Origin: Hydrolagus affinis
Lineage: Eukaryota
Assembly: GCA_012026655.1 (NCBI GenBank)
Contig: JAAILG010000892.1
Location: 1-64,000, forward strand
Direction: 5' to 3'
Length of the DNA stretch: 64,000 nucleotides
This document shows, piece by piece, positions 23,880 to 35,570 of this stretch. Position numbers and translations under genes: made by a program. Within the stretch, counting starts at the first letter, position 1, and each line of letters opens with the position of its first letter. The notes beneath the pieces are model-generated. The model saw nothing but the letters and a program-made list of their open reading frames with translations. It did no database searches and was not told the DNA's origin.

Positions 23880-24700
23880 AGCTCAGTCCTGAATTGTGAT
23901 GGAACATTTTATGCTGCCTTGCGCTGACTGGCGAAATCTCCATCAATATCAGCTGTCAATCAGAGGATGAAAATGACTGATCTTTGACCCTTGTTACTTA
24001 CCCCAAAAGATTTTGAAAGCCAATTCTGATTTACACTAAAATATTGACGGCTGCTGACATCCCTGAATTCGGCTTTTTTGTGTGATATTATTGCGCGTTT
24101 TAAATAAACAAGACTTCATATTTTGAGTGATCAATAATGTAAAGGTGTAATGGAATGGATTTATTCATAGCAGAGCTGAACCCAGTGCAGTCGGAATGAG
24201 ATGTAGTGGCTTGTAACTATTCAGTTCTGCCAGGGCAGCGTGTAATTCATGCACGCAAGTGTACCATTATGAGAGGAAATATTCTCCTGGAATCACCGTG
24301 CCTGCATATTTCAGTAACAAGGAAGAAAAATTGTTTTATATTAGTTTAATAAACCGGGTGACAAACGCCGCCCTGTGCTAGCACTGAATTACACACTTCA
24401 TGAACCAAATTAGTATCACAATACATTGCTTTGTTCAAAAGGTGATATCCATTTATGAGCCCATTTTTCACCAAGATAAATATGACATGAGTCACAACTC
24501 CCCTGAAGTAAATATTGTAAATAATAAAGGCCTCTGCCAGGGAAGGTGAGAAATGGCTTAATCTTCCCCATTTATACACTGCGTCAAGCAGTCTCTGACC
24601 AAATTGTGTAACAAACTGCCTGTTTATCTTTCTCGTTTAATACCTGAGCAGAGGCTTGCTCTAAGTTCGGGAATATACACTACTCTCTACTTTAACGGAG
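23880..24700. promoter_or_regulatory. candidate conserved non-coding element block
   Basis: Repeat-free, retained CpGs, TGACAG/TGTCA, TAAACA and TGAGTCA motifs; conservation unverified. Confidence 0.3.
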
Positions 24701-25384
24701 CGAGGAATTCTTGACATTTTAGATATTACAAATCTTTTCCTTTGAAAGCAGCAGATATGGGTGAATTGAGAACACCCGGCAATTCAATCCATTGCCCCTA
24801 TTTATTCCAGCAACCCAAGGCCCCGGTAATTACAGATTCTCAATTACCAGGGGAGTCCGTTACTCTTGTTACTCTTGCTATGACCAAGTCAGCTCCCACC
24901 CTTGTCCATAACCAGCATGTAGTTCTAGATCCAATGGATTGGCTATTGGAGGCAGCTCGTTTCAACCTTCAAAGGAAACAGACGTCTGAGGAAGAGTGCT
25001 GATGGAAACGGACAAACAGGATCGAGGAAGAATCTAGGAGTAAAATTAGGAAATAGGGTTCTTCTGCGGAGGCAAGGTGATGCGGGGGTGGGGTGGGTCA
25101 GGCCTGGCAAAGAGAGTAGAGGCTGTGTGTAAAGTGAAATCAGCCAGTATAGAAATGGAAGAATAACAGAGGACTGGGGAAAAGAGGAGTGAGGACTAAA
25201 GGCCTGTCTAATCTTTAGGGCAAACATTCCAGCATTGAGGCATTTGACAATTGTAATCTTATTCAGAGAGAGGTCTTCAGATTAGGCCTTGTTGTATTCT
25301 CTTTCCACAATACCACAACTCTGACCAAAATTGTATATACAGTATTGTAATTGTAAAATAAAATAGTGTATTTTAAAAAATCCA

Positions 25385-25630
25385 GCTTCTGCCAATAGCT
25401 TAGTGGGTAAAGGCAACATCAGATAGGGCTGACCAAAGGTTTCTACAGCAGCAAGTTTTTGCTGAGTTAGCTGATCTCACCAATGGGCAGTAGAGAGGAC
25501 CTTACAGATGTCCTGAATGCCCCTGTGCTGATCAGGAAAAATAGTCCATATTGTTGTTGCTGATCACAATCCAGAGATTTGACTGCAAAAGTTCTTGTGT
25601 GTGGATATTGGGTAAGGACAGGGTAGACCA
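25385..25630 (+). mobile_element. ancient SINE, AmnSINE2-like
   Basis: TAGCTTAGTGGGTAAAGGCA head; TGCTGAGTTAGCTGATCTCA; TGTGTGTGGATATTGGGTAAGGACAGG. Confidence 0.65.
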
Positions 25631-27050
25631 CAGTGAAAAGGTCTGCTTTTAATCCCTAGAAGGAATCCTGCTAAGAAAATACTGCAAATTAGACTCCCAA
25701 TAATATATATTAATAATTTCCACTAATTTCGACCATTATTTTGTGGATATTTTAAAGTCACCAAATTGCAAACCTTGGAGGAAAAATAGTGGATTTCGTA
25801 GCATCTGAGATCCCTGATGTCTGTGTTATCCGAGATAACTATTTCTTGTGCTGCATTGGAAGTTATTTTGCACGTTACCCAGCCGCAGTAATCTGTTTCA
25901 GTTTTTTTGAGTGATATTGCTGTTGTATCGCTGGAACTCAGGAACAATTTAGAAACGGTAATTTGGTCCCTGAAGGCCTTCTTAGCCTCTGCCTAGCCGG
26001 CCCACCCCAGACAAGCTGTCCATGAGAGCAGCGAAAGATAGATTGTTTGGATTTGTGCAGAGTAATTTAGTGCCACACATCTGTGAACATGTTCTTGTGT
26101 GCTCTTTTGTATGGATTTCACTTAAAAATTCATTTTTTCACTTGTACCTTGTGTGTCTTACCAAGTATTTGGATCCTTAGCCTTATATTTTATTTGTAAT
26201 ACCATTATTAGAATGGCTGTTGGGTCCCTGATCTAGACGAGGGATTAAGCGAGCGGATTCTGATAGTAATAAACTTGAAAACATATTACAAGCAAGGAAG
26301 GAGGATTTCCCTTGTGTTTTGGGTTGTATAAGAGCTTGAAGCTAAAGGGATTTTACAAGATTTCAGGATTGCTCTTTTTTTCAACTGCTATTAGCAAACG
26401 GTGCTTTCCTTACGTTGCATTTAGGGGGATTACTGGACAAAAAACCCTGCTGGTCAGTGATTAAAATGAGTCCCACAGCGGTGACTACCAGTTCTTATTC
26501 TGATGTTCTGCAGTGAGGGATAACTGGCTTTGCCAAATCTTATTTTCCTGCAGATTTTGTTGGTGCGCTTGTTTACCATTTACTCACAATACATCATCTG
26601 AGCATAAACCGCTTGCAGTGACATGCCATTGAATTATAGCAAGGTGTCATAAAGTACCCTATCCCAGAGGCAGTACGAGGCAAAATGAAGCAGAGCATCT
26701 TTCCGGTTCCAAGTTGCCTTTTTAGTATCAATTCCCTTCCCCACCCCCCAAGGCATCAATTTTGTATCATCAGAAAAATTTCTGCAAGATATTTTGAATG
26801 TTTTCAAATGATTTGGTTTCCGGGTGAATCAATAAAAGTCAAATACGCTGATGGTTATTAAGACAATCGGCTCTCATTTACTGAACCATTGTAGAATGGA
26901 ATTTAAAGGGTTTAAGATTAATCAAACGATTCCCACAATGGTCCATTGGGTAAAGGCACAGGCAGGTGTAGTATTGATTATCAGGGCTTTGGGTTGATTT
27001 TCAGTCTGAGATATTGTTAACTGAGCCTGCAATTGAAGCTACAGTTGAGC

Positions 27051-27422
27051 TAATAATAATGATAATCACATATGATATAAAGCCTTATCACATCTTCAAG
27101 ATGTCTCAAAGTGCTTCGAGGAATATACTGTAAAGTGAATTAACTATTTATTTAATGGGTGAAATACGGTAGTCAATTGTGCAATAAGAGCTACTGGATT
27201 GATATTATTACTTTTTTAAAAGGGATTATTACCCCTGGAGAGGGATCCACCAATCGACTAACAACAAAATTAAATCCAGCTTCCCCAATAGCTACATACT
27301 GCTAGGTAAACATAGATATGAGTACCAAGGAAACATGCCTAACATTTTGCCCCACCCGGGAATCGAACCCGGGTCCTCTTGCTTGCAAAGCGAGTACTCC
27401 GACCACTAAGCTACAGAACTCC
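27051..27422 (-). mobile_element. tRNA-headed SINE, long form
   Basis: Reverse complement of head with B box GGTTCGATTCC, middle block (TGCTAGGTAAACA; ATCCACCAATCGACTAAC) and tail. Confidence 0.85.
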
Positions 27423-27699
27423 ACACGCTTCTAAGCAGTGCAGTACATGGTTACAATATACAGACACTGGTGCCAACAACACCAAGGGTCACTTGGGTTA
27501 CAGAGTTGTATGTTTGTTTCAAAAGTGAAATTCAAAACAGATTATGAAAGGAAGATTCCAGTGATTTATTTGAAGTTCTGAACAAGAGAGTAAGTAGGTC
27601 GACTGAAGTAGTCTCTAACAACTTTAACTAAATTGTGTGATTAGTAAAAATTTCAACTATTCAAATTCACCAGTGAACAGATTATTTCAAGATATACTT

Positions 27700-28250
27700 G
27701 GGTGTGAATTAGAGTCTGCTGATGGAATCAAAACCTTCTCTGTCTGTTGACGGGAAAGATCCTATGTGAAATGAGACTAACCCAGTTTCTCATGAGGAGG
27801 GTTTGCTACAATAACAACTTGCATTTATATAGTGCCCTTCACGCGGGGTAGTGTAACAGAGCACTGAACAATAGTGGAGTTTGATGCCGAGCCAGGGAGG
27901 AGGGAGAGGTGACACGGTCAAAGAAGAAAGTCTTCAGGTGCAATTTGAAAAAGGATAACGAAGGATAACACACAGAGATTAAAGCAGGAGAACTTTAATT
28001 AAGCACAACTTTGGCAATCATACTCCAAAGTGTCCACAAAACAATGTGTGTGAGAAATAGAAAATATCACCCTGATACAGTAGGCTCTGCTCGGCTGAGA
28101 TTGGGGGTGAGGAATGTTCTGGAGCAGAGCAGAGGGAGCTTTACTCTGTATCTGATGATGCTTTCTCCACTTGGCTGGGAGTACTCGATGCTGACATCAT
28201 CAAAAATGAGGAAATGTTCAGTCTCCCAGCACTGTGTTCCTCTTCACATT
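27700..28250 (+). mobile_element. LF-SINE-like element split by an L2 tail
   Basis: CCTATGTGAAATGAG..CCAGTTTCTC, GCACAACTTTGGCA, GGGGTGAGGAA..GAGGGAGCTTTACTCTGTATCT occur in the order of the recalled LF-SINE consensus. Confidence 0.55.
27810..27990 (-). mobile_element. L2 3' fragment
   Basis: AACAACTTGCATTTATATAGTGCCCTTCACG..GCACTGAACA..CACGGTCAAAGA. Confidence 0.7.
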
Positions 28251-28412
28251 AGAGTTCCTCCAAACGTCCGGTGCTGGGCGTGTAGTGTTTCCTCTTTCAC
28301 TGGTTTCCCCTCTTACACTGTACACAGTGGAGCTGGCCATCATCCTGTTGCTATTTTCCTCTACAGGAGGTACCTCATCCAATCCCGCTCTCCTGCTAAT
28401 TCCCACAGTGCT

Positions 28413-28628
28413 CAACAACAACTTTCTTTCATATAGCTTCCTTTCCATATGATAATGTCTTGGGTGCTTTGGAAAGACAAGGTTGGCCACCACTGAGCTA
28501 GGGAGTGGAGAAGAGGGAGTAGGGAAGGAGAGGTGACTATATGCACAGTTGAGATAAATTAGAATTTATGATATAGATATAGAAGGATCAAGACTGCGGC
28601 AGTGAGGAGGGAAGTTCCAGAGGTTAGG
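28413..28628 (-). mobile_element. old L2 3' fragment
   Basis: CAACAACAACTTTCTTTCATATAGC.. ending GGGAAGTTCCAGAG. Confidence 0.5.
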
Positions 28629-28785
28629 GTTTTAATTTTTGATACTCTATTTTGAAAAATTCTGAAACGTTTTGAGAGGCTGAATAACTGATCAGAAAAT
28701 TGCCAATAGAGCAACATAAAAGCCTTTATTATTATTATTCTTTTTCAAGTATTTAATTTAAATCCCTTGTATGAGGGCTCTAGAG

Positions 28786-28884
28786 CATTGGTTGCCAACC
28801 CGTTGCCCAGAAGTGACATAAATCAAGAAATATTCAATCAATAATTATTTTTTTTTGGCCAATCATAAAGGTTGGCTAGCAATG
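28786..28884. mobile_element. 99-bp hAT-Charlie-type MITE
   Basis: TIRs CATTGGTTGCCAACC / GGTTGGCTAGCAATG (13/15); 8-bp TSD CTCTAGAG / CTATAGAG fits the NTCTAGAN target preference. Confidence 0.8.
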
Positions 28885-28982
28885 CTATAGAGGTTCCATA
28901 AGTCAGCATAGCTTAACAGGTACTGAGCAATGTGTGTTGGCTTCCAGGAACATTACAGAACTAAGAACATTGTCCATTATTC

Positions 28983-29092
28983 GTCCACAAAAATATGATC
29001 AATTCACTTTACAATATATTTGTGCTTTGAGACGTCTCAAAAATGTGATAAGGCGCGATATCAAATGCAAGGATTATTATTTATAATTATTA
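28983..29092 (+). mobile_element. SINE 3' tail
   Basis: CAATTCACTTTACA..GCTTTGAGACGTCTC..ATATCAAATGCAAGGATTATTATT. Confidence 0.85.
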
Positions 29093-29152
29093 CTACAAGT
29101 ATTTAACTCCAAAGGCCAGAAGGAGTTAGTTAAAGGCTTCCTTGTTTTGCAG

Positions 29153-29462
29153 TAATAATAATAATAATATAATCCTTGCATTTGATATAATGCTTTCCGC
29201 GTCTTCTAGATGTCTCAAAGTGCTTCTCAAAGAATAGCCGTGAAATGAGTTGACTGTATATTTGTGGGAGAAATATGGCAGCCAATTGCACACAGCAGTG
29301 TCCTACAAACAGTTGTGGATTTTAATGACCAATTTTCTTTTAGGGGTTATTACTAGGTGTGTGGAGTAAGGAAACTTGCCCAAGGTTTCGCCCTGACCTG
29401 GAAACGCACCCAGGTCTCTTGCTTGCAAGGCAGGTGCTCTAACCACTGGGCTACAGGACTCC
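29153..29462 (-). mobile_element. tRNA-headed SINE, short form, full length
   Basis: Reverse complement of GGAGTCCTGTAGCCCAGTGGTTAGAGCAC.. through the (ATT)n tail. Confidence 0.9.
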
Positions 29463-29889
29463 CATTAAATGCTGGGAATTGTGGACATGAATTGTACAAG
29501 AACAGAGGGATACTGTTTAGCATACGGTTTAATATCAGTCCATTTTCAAAGCTTCAGTGATGTTCATTCACACCTTACCTGTCCTTTGAAATGGGCAGGA
29601 GATTAAACTTTGCTTCAATACAACCAAGGTTTAAAGCGAGACAAAGTAGCCCCATTGTAACTCGAATTATTAAAGGAGTGGTGCAACTCATGAAAAACAT
29701 CTAGCTAACCTCTTTTGTTTGGGAGGGAGAGGAGCTATGCAACTTTACATGCCAGACACAAAGGTTTTATGCACTTTGACGTGCTATATACCGTTACTTT
29801 GTGATTTTGCAAACAATTAGGTAAACAATTGCCGAGCACAGATTTTTCAGTTACTGTTCCTTTAAACAACGTGTAGGATTCTCTGTATC

Positions 29890-30040
29890 AATATTGTTTC
29901 TTTAATATATGTTTATATCAATACATATACATATATTTATTAATAAATAATATATTTTTAATGAATATAAATTTATTTATATTTGGCTTTCTCTAGCTTT
30001 ATTTATATACATGTGTATATAATATTTTTTTATATATAGG
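29890..30040. repeat. AT-rich low-complexity tract
   Basis: Degenerate (AT)n/(TTTA)n. Confidence 0.7.
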
Positions 30041-30287
30041 TGATGCTTTTAGTAAGTTTAAGGCTGGAATCAAAAATTGGATGTCAAAGTGAAACAGGAA
30101 CCTCGTAGGGGGCACTGCCTTTCTGTAGATACTTTACCAGTCTGTCGGAGGCATTTGTGGTCTTCCAATAAACTTGAGGAGGAATCAGTACAATTTAAGA
30201 AACTCAGGAATTTGACTCATGAAATTTAAAGGACCATCATCTTCTTAATAAAGTTTAAACAAGCCCTTAGTTTGGCTACAATTGGAA

Positions 30288-30484
30288 GGTTCCTGGTGTC
30301 CTGGCCAATAATCTCTCAAGTAAAATTGGCCATTCACTTCATGGCTGTTCATGGGACATTGCTGGACACAAATTGGCTGCTGTGTTTGCCTACCAAAATA
30401 CACTTTACATTGAATCCTGTGAAGCACTTTTCAGACATTACCCCCTGCTGGGAAGATGCTCTCAAATTGCAAAGATGATTATTT
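30288..30484 (+). mobile_element. Deu-domain SINE 3' half
   Basis: CCTGGTGTCCTGGCCAATA..ATGGCTGTTCATGGGACATTGCTG..AAATTGGCTGCTG. Confidence 0.75.
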
Positions 30485-30504
30485 TAAAACATGCAAATTG
30501 GACG

Positions 30505-30810
30505 CCTGATAATAGAAAGAACATTAGAGCACTGGGCCGGGTACAGTACTGGTTCCCACGGATGATATCAAAGATAATGGGTCATAGTTATGACAGGCGT
30601 GAAAAATTGGGACTGTTCTCACTGGAGAAGAAAAGGTTAAATGGGAATTTAAAAGCAGTCTTAAAACTTCCAAAAGGTTATGAGAGGATAAATAACTGGT
30701 TAGAAAACTGCTAGTAGGGGAAGATAAACTCAAGTGAGAGTATCAGCTTAGAATTGAGGTTAAAAGAAATTGTTTCAAGCTGAAGGTTATTGTAACATGG
30801 AAAATTCATG
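30505..30810 (+). mobile_element. CR1 LINE ORF2 C-terminal relic
   Basis: ORF track ALGRVQYWFPRMI..SY..KLGLFSLEKKRLNGNL resembles CR1 LERVQRRFTRMI..LGLFSLEKRRLRGDL. Confidence 0.8.
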
Positions 30811-31574
30811 TTTCCACAAGTGGAAAATTTTCTGAAGAGGTACCTTAACAAGGATAATGTCTCAGAGCAGTTCCCAGGCATAGTGTCAGATGCTGAGGAA
30901 GAGAGAAGGGTGGGTGGGGGGCTTGGGGGGGCTGACTGCAGGTACAGTTGAAGAGATCATTTTAAAATATCATTGAGGGGTTTGGTCTGAATATCTGGTT
31001 TGTAATTAAACAGTGTCTCCTCCGTTATGGTGTCCCAAGTTACAAGTTGCTGAGGTGTTCAAACATTTGCTTAAAAGTTCTTCTTTCCTTATATATTATC
31101 TTTGTGGGGATGTGTGAGCCCTTTGTTTCTAGCTTGTCCATTGGCTTGAGTTCATCGGCAGGTATGTGGCATAAAATCATTTTGGTTCATGGATTATTTT
31201 CAACCACCAAAGCAGGTCAAGGATAAAAGCCTCAGGAATATCAGAAGCTTACCAGATGTATGTGGATCACCTGTAAACAGCGTGGTTACCTATTCCTATG
31301 TCTGCAAAGCATTTTGGAGCATCTCCTAGTGGAGGATGTGCAGAACAACAGAGGAAACAAACAAAAGTGGATACGCACTCATTGAAATGAAAGCAAATCT
31401 CATTAGCATGCGTCACCAGGAACTTTCATCTGTTATTCTTGCTATTGGAAGTACTATATCCAATCAGCCACTATTATTTCAGACACCTTTATTGATTAAA
31501 CTAGCACGAGAGCATGTATCTGGTTAAAACATGTATTTGGTGAGGAAGTCACAGCTAAATGTACTGCTATGTGT

Positions 31575-31800
31575 CGTTAAACTGAGGACCCCACTGCTGG
31601 TCAGATAGGCGTTAAGGATAACCATACCACTTCTTTGGAAAAAGAGCAGGGAATTCTCCCAGTGTTCCTATCCAATATTCTTCCCACATCCCAATTCACC
31701 AAAACAACCCGGATCTCAGGACTAGGTGCAAGGAAGGGTTTGCTGGTACAAATTAGCAGCGGTATATGTTTGCACAGGAACAGGCTGCACACTCCATAGC
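31575..31800 (+). mobile_element. Deu-domain SINE fragment
   Basis: CGTTAAACTGAGGACCCC..AAAAAGAGCAGGGAATTCTCCCAGTGTTCCTATCCAATATT. Confidence 0.6.
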
Positions 31801-32239
31801 AATTCACCATCTCCTGCTGATCACTAAAAATAGCATTCTCTTAGCTACATCTTCATTGTGAGGAATTATATTGCAAAGATACGGTGCAATTTATAAAATA
31901 AAGCCAATTGGGTGACACATTCTGAGCCACTTTAGCAGAGTAGGAGATCAAAGCTGGGTTGTTCTGATTTGATTATCATAAATGAATCATTATTACGTGA
32001 AAGTATTTCTTCACTCCCGAATCTGAATAGATTAAAACGTTAAAGATGTACTTTAAGCCTGAGAAGTTATACCGATTAAATTTAGGAATTACCCTTTTAC
32101 CACTTGACAGTCTTTTAATATGTACGGAAGCCAATATGTTTTCATAATTGAAAGAAACAAATAGAATTTGAGGTATCAAAAGATAATAATATTTCACTGC
32201 ATTATTTTAATTTATTTTTTAGAACTAACCAATCCTTAG

Positions 32240-33010
32240 CTTTCCTGGTGACTGTTAACAAAGTGACTGTCCAGTGTTGAATTGATCTGTGAAGACTAGG
32301 GAGGTCCCAGGTTCCATCTCTGGTCTGTGATCTCTTTCATGACAGCATAGGGGATACAATTAGTTTTATTAACCAGCGAAGGGAAAAATCAGGGTTCCTC
32401 CTTCTGATTGCTGTAACTATTTTTAAGAAAGTATGGCATGAAAAAGACCAGCTGGGCCAACAAGCCAGCTCCCATAGTTACTCTCTCATGGACTTTCCTT
32501 CCCTAGCACTCCATCTCCTGGGATGTACAATCCTTAGCACAGAGACTCCCCGAACCTCAAAGCCAATCAAGCAAAATCTTTAAAATATTCATCCATCCAG
32601 TGTACGATCGTGGCTCCATCCTTCTGCTGACATCATCTCTTCTCACTCCAGTCCCAGCAGCACTGAACCATAGAGTCTGTAGTGAAGGCATTCACCCCAA
32701 TCTACAGCTATCCTCCAACACTGTTCCTAAACAGACCCTTCAGTTCTTTTTAGGAATTAATAGGCTGCATTGAATGCTTTTGCTGGGAATCTGTTCCAAA
32801 CATCTGTAGCTCTTGTTCATGAGCACAATCCAGTGGTCACAATTCAGTGACTATGTGTATGTGTGAGGGTATTGTGTAAATCACAGGATTTACACTTAGC
32901 TGTTGAGGCCTAAATCCTGTGGTTGAATCACATCATAATGTCCAGGCTCACAGGTGAAAGGTGGAGCACCAGAGGGCAGCTGGTACCAATGGACAATGAG
33001 AGGAGAGGTA
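32240..33010 (+). mobile_element. AmnSINE2-like SINE split by a CR1 fragment
   Basis: GGTCCCAGGTTC..GGGAAAAATCAGGGTTCCTCCTTCTGATTGCT (to ~32412); resumes ~32825 ATCCAGTG..GGTTGAAT..GGCTCACA. Confidence 0.55.
32420..32820 (-). mobile_element. CR1-like 3' fragment
   Basis: AAAAAGACCAGCTGGGCCAACAAGCC (reverse complement of terminal hairpin region); GGGAATCTGTTCCAAACAT (VWN motif on minus strand). Confidence 0.55.
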
Positions 33011-33129
33011 AAAGACTGGATGAGGGGAATCGCTTATTAAAAAAATGCACTTCCTGCAAACAATACTAGCTGAATATTTGATCAAGGGTTCTTTCGTCTT
33101 GCCGAGGTAACCTAAGAGAATGGGTGAGC

Positions 33130-33650
33130 AAACAGAAAATGCACATGTCAATACTAGTCAGCTCTGACAGTGCTATCCCTGATCAGATAAATAATTTGCG
33201 AGATACTTGATTACAAAGCCATGTCGTCTTCGTTCAGCCGTCACCTCCCTGCCTCTCGCACTCGATCTGAGAGCGCAGAGTAGGTAGGGCACTGCCGTAG
33301 CAGTCCTGCCTCCCTCCCTCCTGCATCCAGCAGGGTTAGTTGATCAATCGGCTTCCTTACAAATTGTATTTGAATAACTGCGGCTCGATGGCACGGACCG
33401 TGCACAAGACATCCAGCACTAATGATTCCTCCTGGTGGAAAGCAGCAAAGACCTGGCCCTTCCAACCCAAAAAAATCAATCATCCCATCATGAATTATTC
33501 AGATGTTTGGCTTGAGCTCCTAAAATATACAGCCGTTGTTGCTGAGAATTTTCTCTCTTTTCGCAGCGAGCGCACATGGCATAATAAATAAATGAACGAG
33601 ACTCAGTGACTTGTTTTTGTGTAAAGTACCAGCAGATTAATTGTATGTTG
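33130..33650. promoter_or_regulatory. candidate conserved non-coding element
   Basis: Repeat-free, CpG-retaining, TGACAG, GATAAATAATT, TGATTA, CATAATAAA motifs. Confidence 0.3.
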
Positions 33651-34330
33651 TGTTAAAATGGAATTTTCTTTCTTATAATACGTTCCTTTTGGGGGCTAGG
33701 CTGCAATGTATAGTATTTTGAGTGTGTACTGTTTGTCAATTTACACTAACTGTGAAAATTTACTCAGTAAACTATTGCATGTGTTTTGAAACAGGGGCCT
33801 GATGAGTGACCTACATAAGCAAATTTTGAGCCATCAAAAATTAATCCAACATAACATCATCGCTCCTGTATGCCATACCTCTTGTACACTTTGGTTTTAC
33901 TTTTCTCCCATCTACTTACTTGCTTTTCTCTTTCCTTGAGATTTTCCCTTCTCCCCCACCCCCACCCGTGACTTTCTCTTCTCCTGAGGAGAAGTGAACG
34001 GGAATGTTTCTGTGTTCCAGGTGTTTCTGAGGTAGTCACTCAGATGTTTCCTTAATTGTTTTTTGAATTTCCTTTCCCTTGTCTCCACTCTCTTGAACAT
34101 AATGGCCAGGGTTTAGACCCTTCAACAATGGGGAAAAATACTCTAAAGAAGAGCCACTGAATAGAGTCTTTTACAATGGGGAGTAGTCAATCTCTTCTCT
34201 CTTTGGTCATTTCTGTTCCTCCCCTCCAATCAAGTTGGCCGTTCTTTCTTTTTGCCCACTTTGTCTTCCCCTTTAAATGCACCCTACTCTCCTTTTGGGA
34301 ATAGCTGTCAGTATGTAAGACGATAGTGTG

Positions 34331-34570
34331 TAATAAATAATAATAATCCTTGCATTTGATTTAGCACTTTTCAAGTCTTCTAAACGTCTCAAAGAGCTTC
34401 ATAGAATGTACCATAATGTGAATTGATTGTATGTTTGTGGGCAAAACGTGGCAGCCAATTGCACACAGCAGTGTCCCACAAACAGTCGTGGATTGAAGTG
34501 ACCAAATTATTATATATTTTTTAGAGGGATTATTATCAGGCATGTGGAGTAAGGAAACTTGCCCAAGGTA
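34331..34570 (-). mobile_element. short-form SINE lacking the tRNA head
   Basis: Tail through GGCATGTGGAGTAAGGAAACTTGCCCAAGG. Confidence 0.9.
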
Positions 34571-34869
34571 TTTGTAGTACAGTACTTGGCAGTCTTGGCA
34601 GTCATGGAAGATGGGAATGAGCAGACAGGAGAAAGTATGACTGTAATAACCTACGTGACTGATCCACTTCTGAGCAGATGGACTCCCATTGGACTGAACC
34701 CAGGAAACTCTTCGGTTGAGGTCAACTATTCAACCTCCTCAACAGCAGCACCGCTACTATTACTGTTCAACCAGGGGACAATTCAACACTTTTATCTCAA
34801 AAAAATGGCTTACTTTGTCTGCTTGGGCAAATGTTGCATATTTAAAGAGGGTACACATTTGATATCTTG

Positions 34870-35320
34870 TCAGTCCACATATTGTAAAGACAGACTCAAG
34901 ATGGTCGTCAGTACTGAGTTAGCAGATCTCAGTCAGGCTAAGGTGCCACAGCTGAGCTCAATGCTTCTAGTCACAGGAGATGGGGCAGTCTGGGGAGGGA
35001 AGGTTTAGCTAAAGTTCATCCTACTGTCCTCCCGACGTGAAAGGCGCTCTAGAAATATAATTTTGTTGTTGTTCTACTGAATGTGATGTGGTGCTGCTTA
35101 CTGAAAGGTGTAAGCCTGTGGATATTGTGCTAATAGGGACCGGATTGAGGCTCGGCTGTGATGCCCTTCACTGTTCATATAGTGATTCCCTGGGCTGCCT
35201 AGTCTCCCACATGAAGATTGTTCGCTTGGCAATGCTTGGTACCAGAGAATGTCAGTATGAGCCAGCACCTTCAACAAAGAAGGCGAGAAAGTGGAAGAGT
35301 CGAGGAGAAGGGCAAGAAAA
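34870..35320 (+). mobile_element. ancient SINE, AmnSINE2-like
   Basis: CTGAGTTAGCAGATCTCAG; GGCTCGGCTGTGATGCCC; CACATGAAGATTG; AGTATGAGCCAGCACCTTCA. Confidence 0.65.
35027..35073 (+). mobile_element. 47-bp L2 tail insertion with CTACTG TSD
   Basis: CTACTG at 35021-35026 and 35074-35079 flanks TCCTCCCGACGTGAAAGGCGCTCTAGAAAT..(TTG)3. Confidence 0.9.
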
Positions 35321-35429
35321 GACTGGATATTATCCCTTTAATTCCAATTTGTTTTTTTTAAAGCAAATCAGTGTATTCAACGAAAGTAATAAACCCTCCT
35401 TCGTTTTGTAATGTACTGATACATCATGG

Positions 35430-35570
35430 CCTCTCATATACAACATGTATTGTGTATGGCTCCCAGAGTAATAAGCGGACAAAAGACCCTCATTATAACA
35501 TGGCTTTCACTGTAATGGGGCTTTTCTATGGCTCCCAGGGGGAGCATTACAATGAGGAGTTAGTGGTTAA
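35430..35570. mobile_element. possible Tigger/TcMar non-autonomous relic
   Basis: CCTCATTATAACAT and CATTACAATGAGG are near-inverted; TATGGCTCCCAG occurs twice. Confidence 0.3.
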
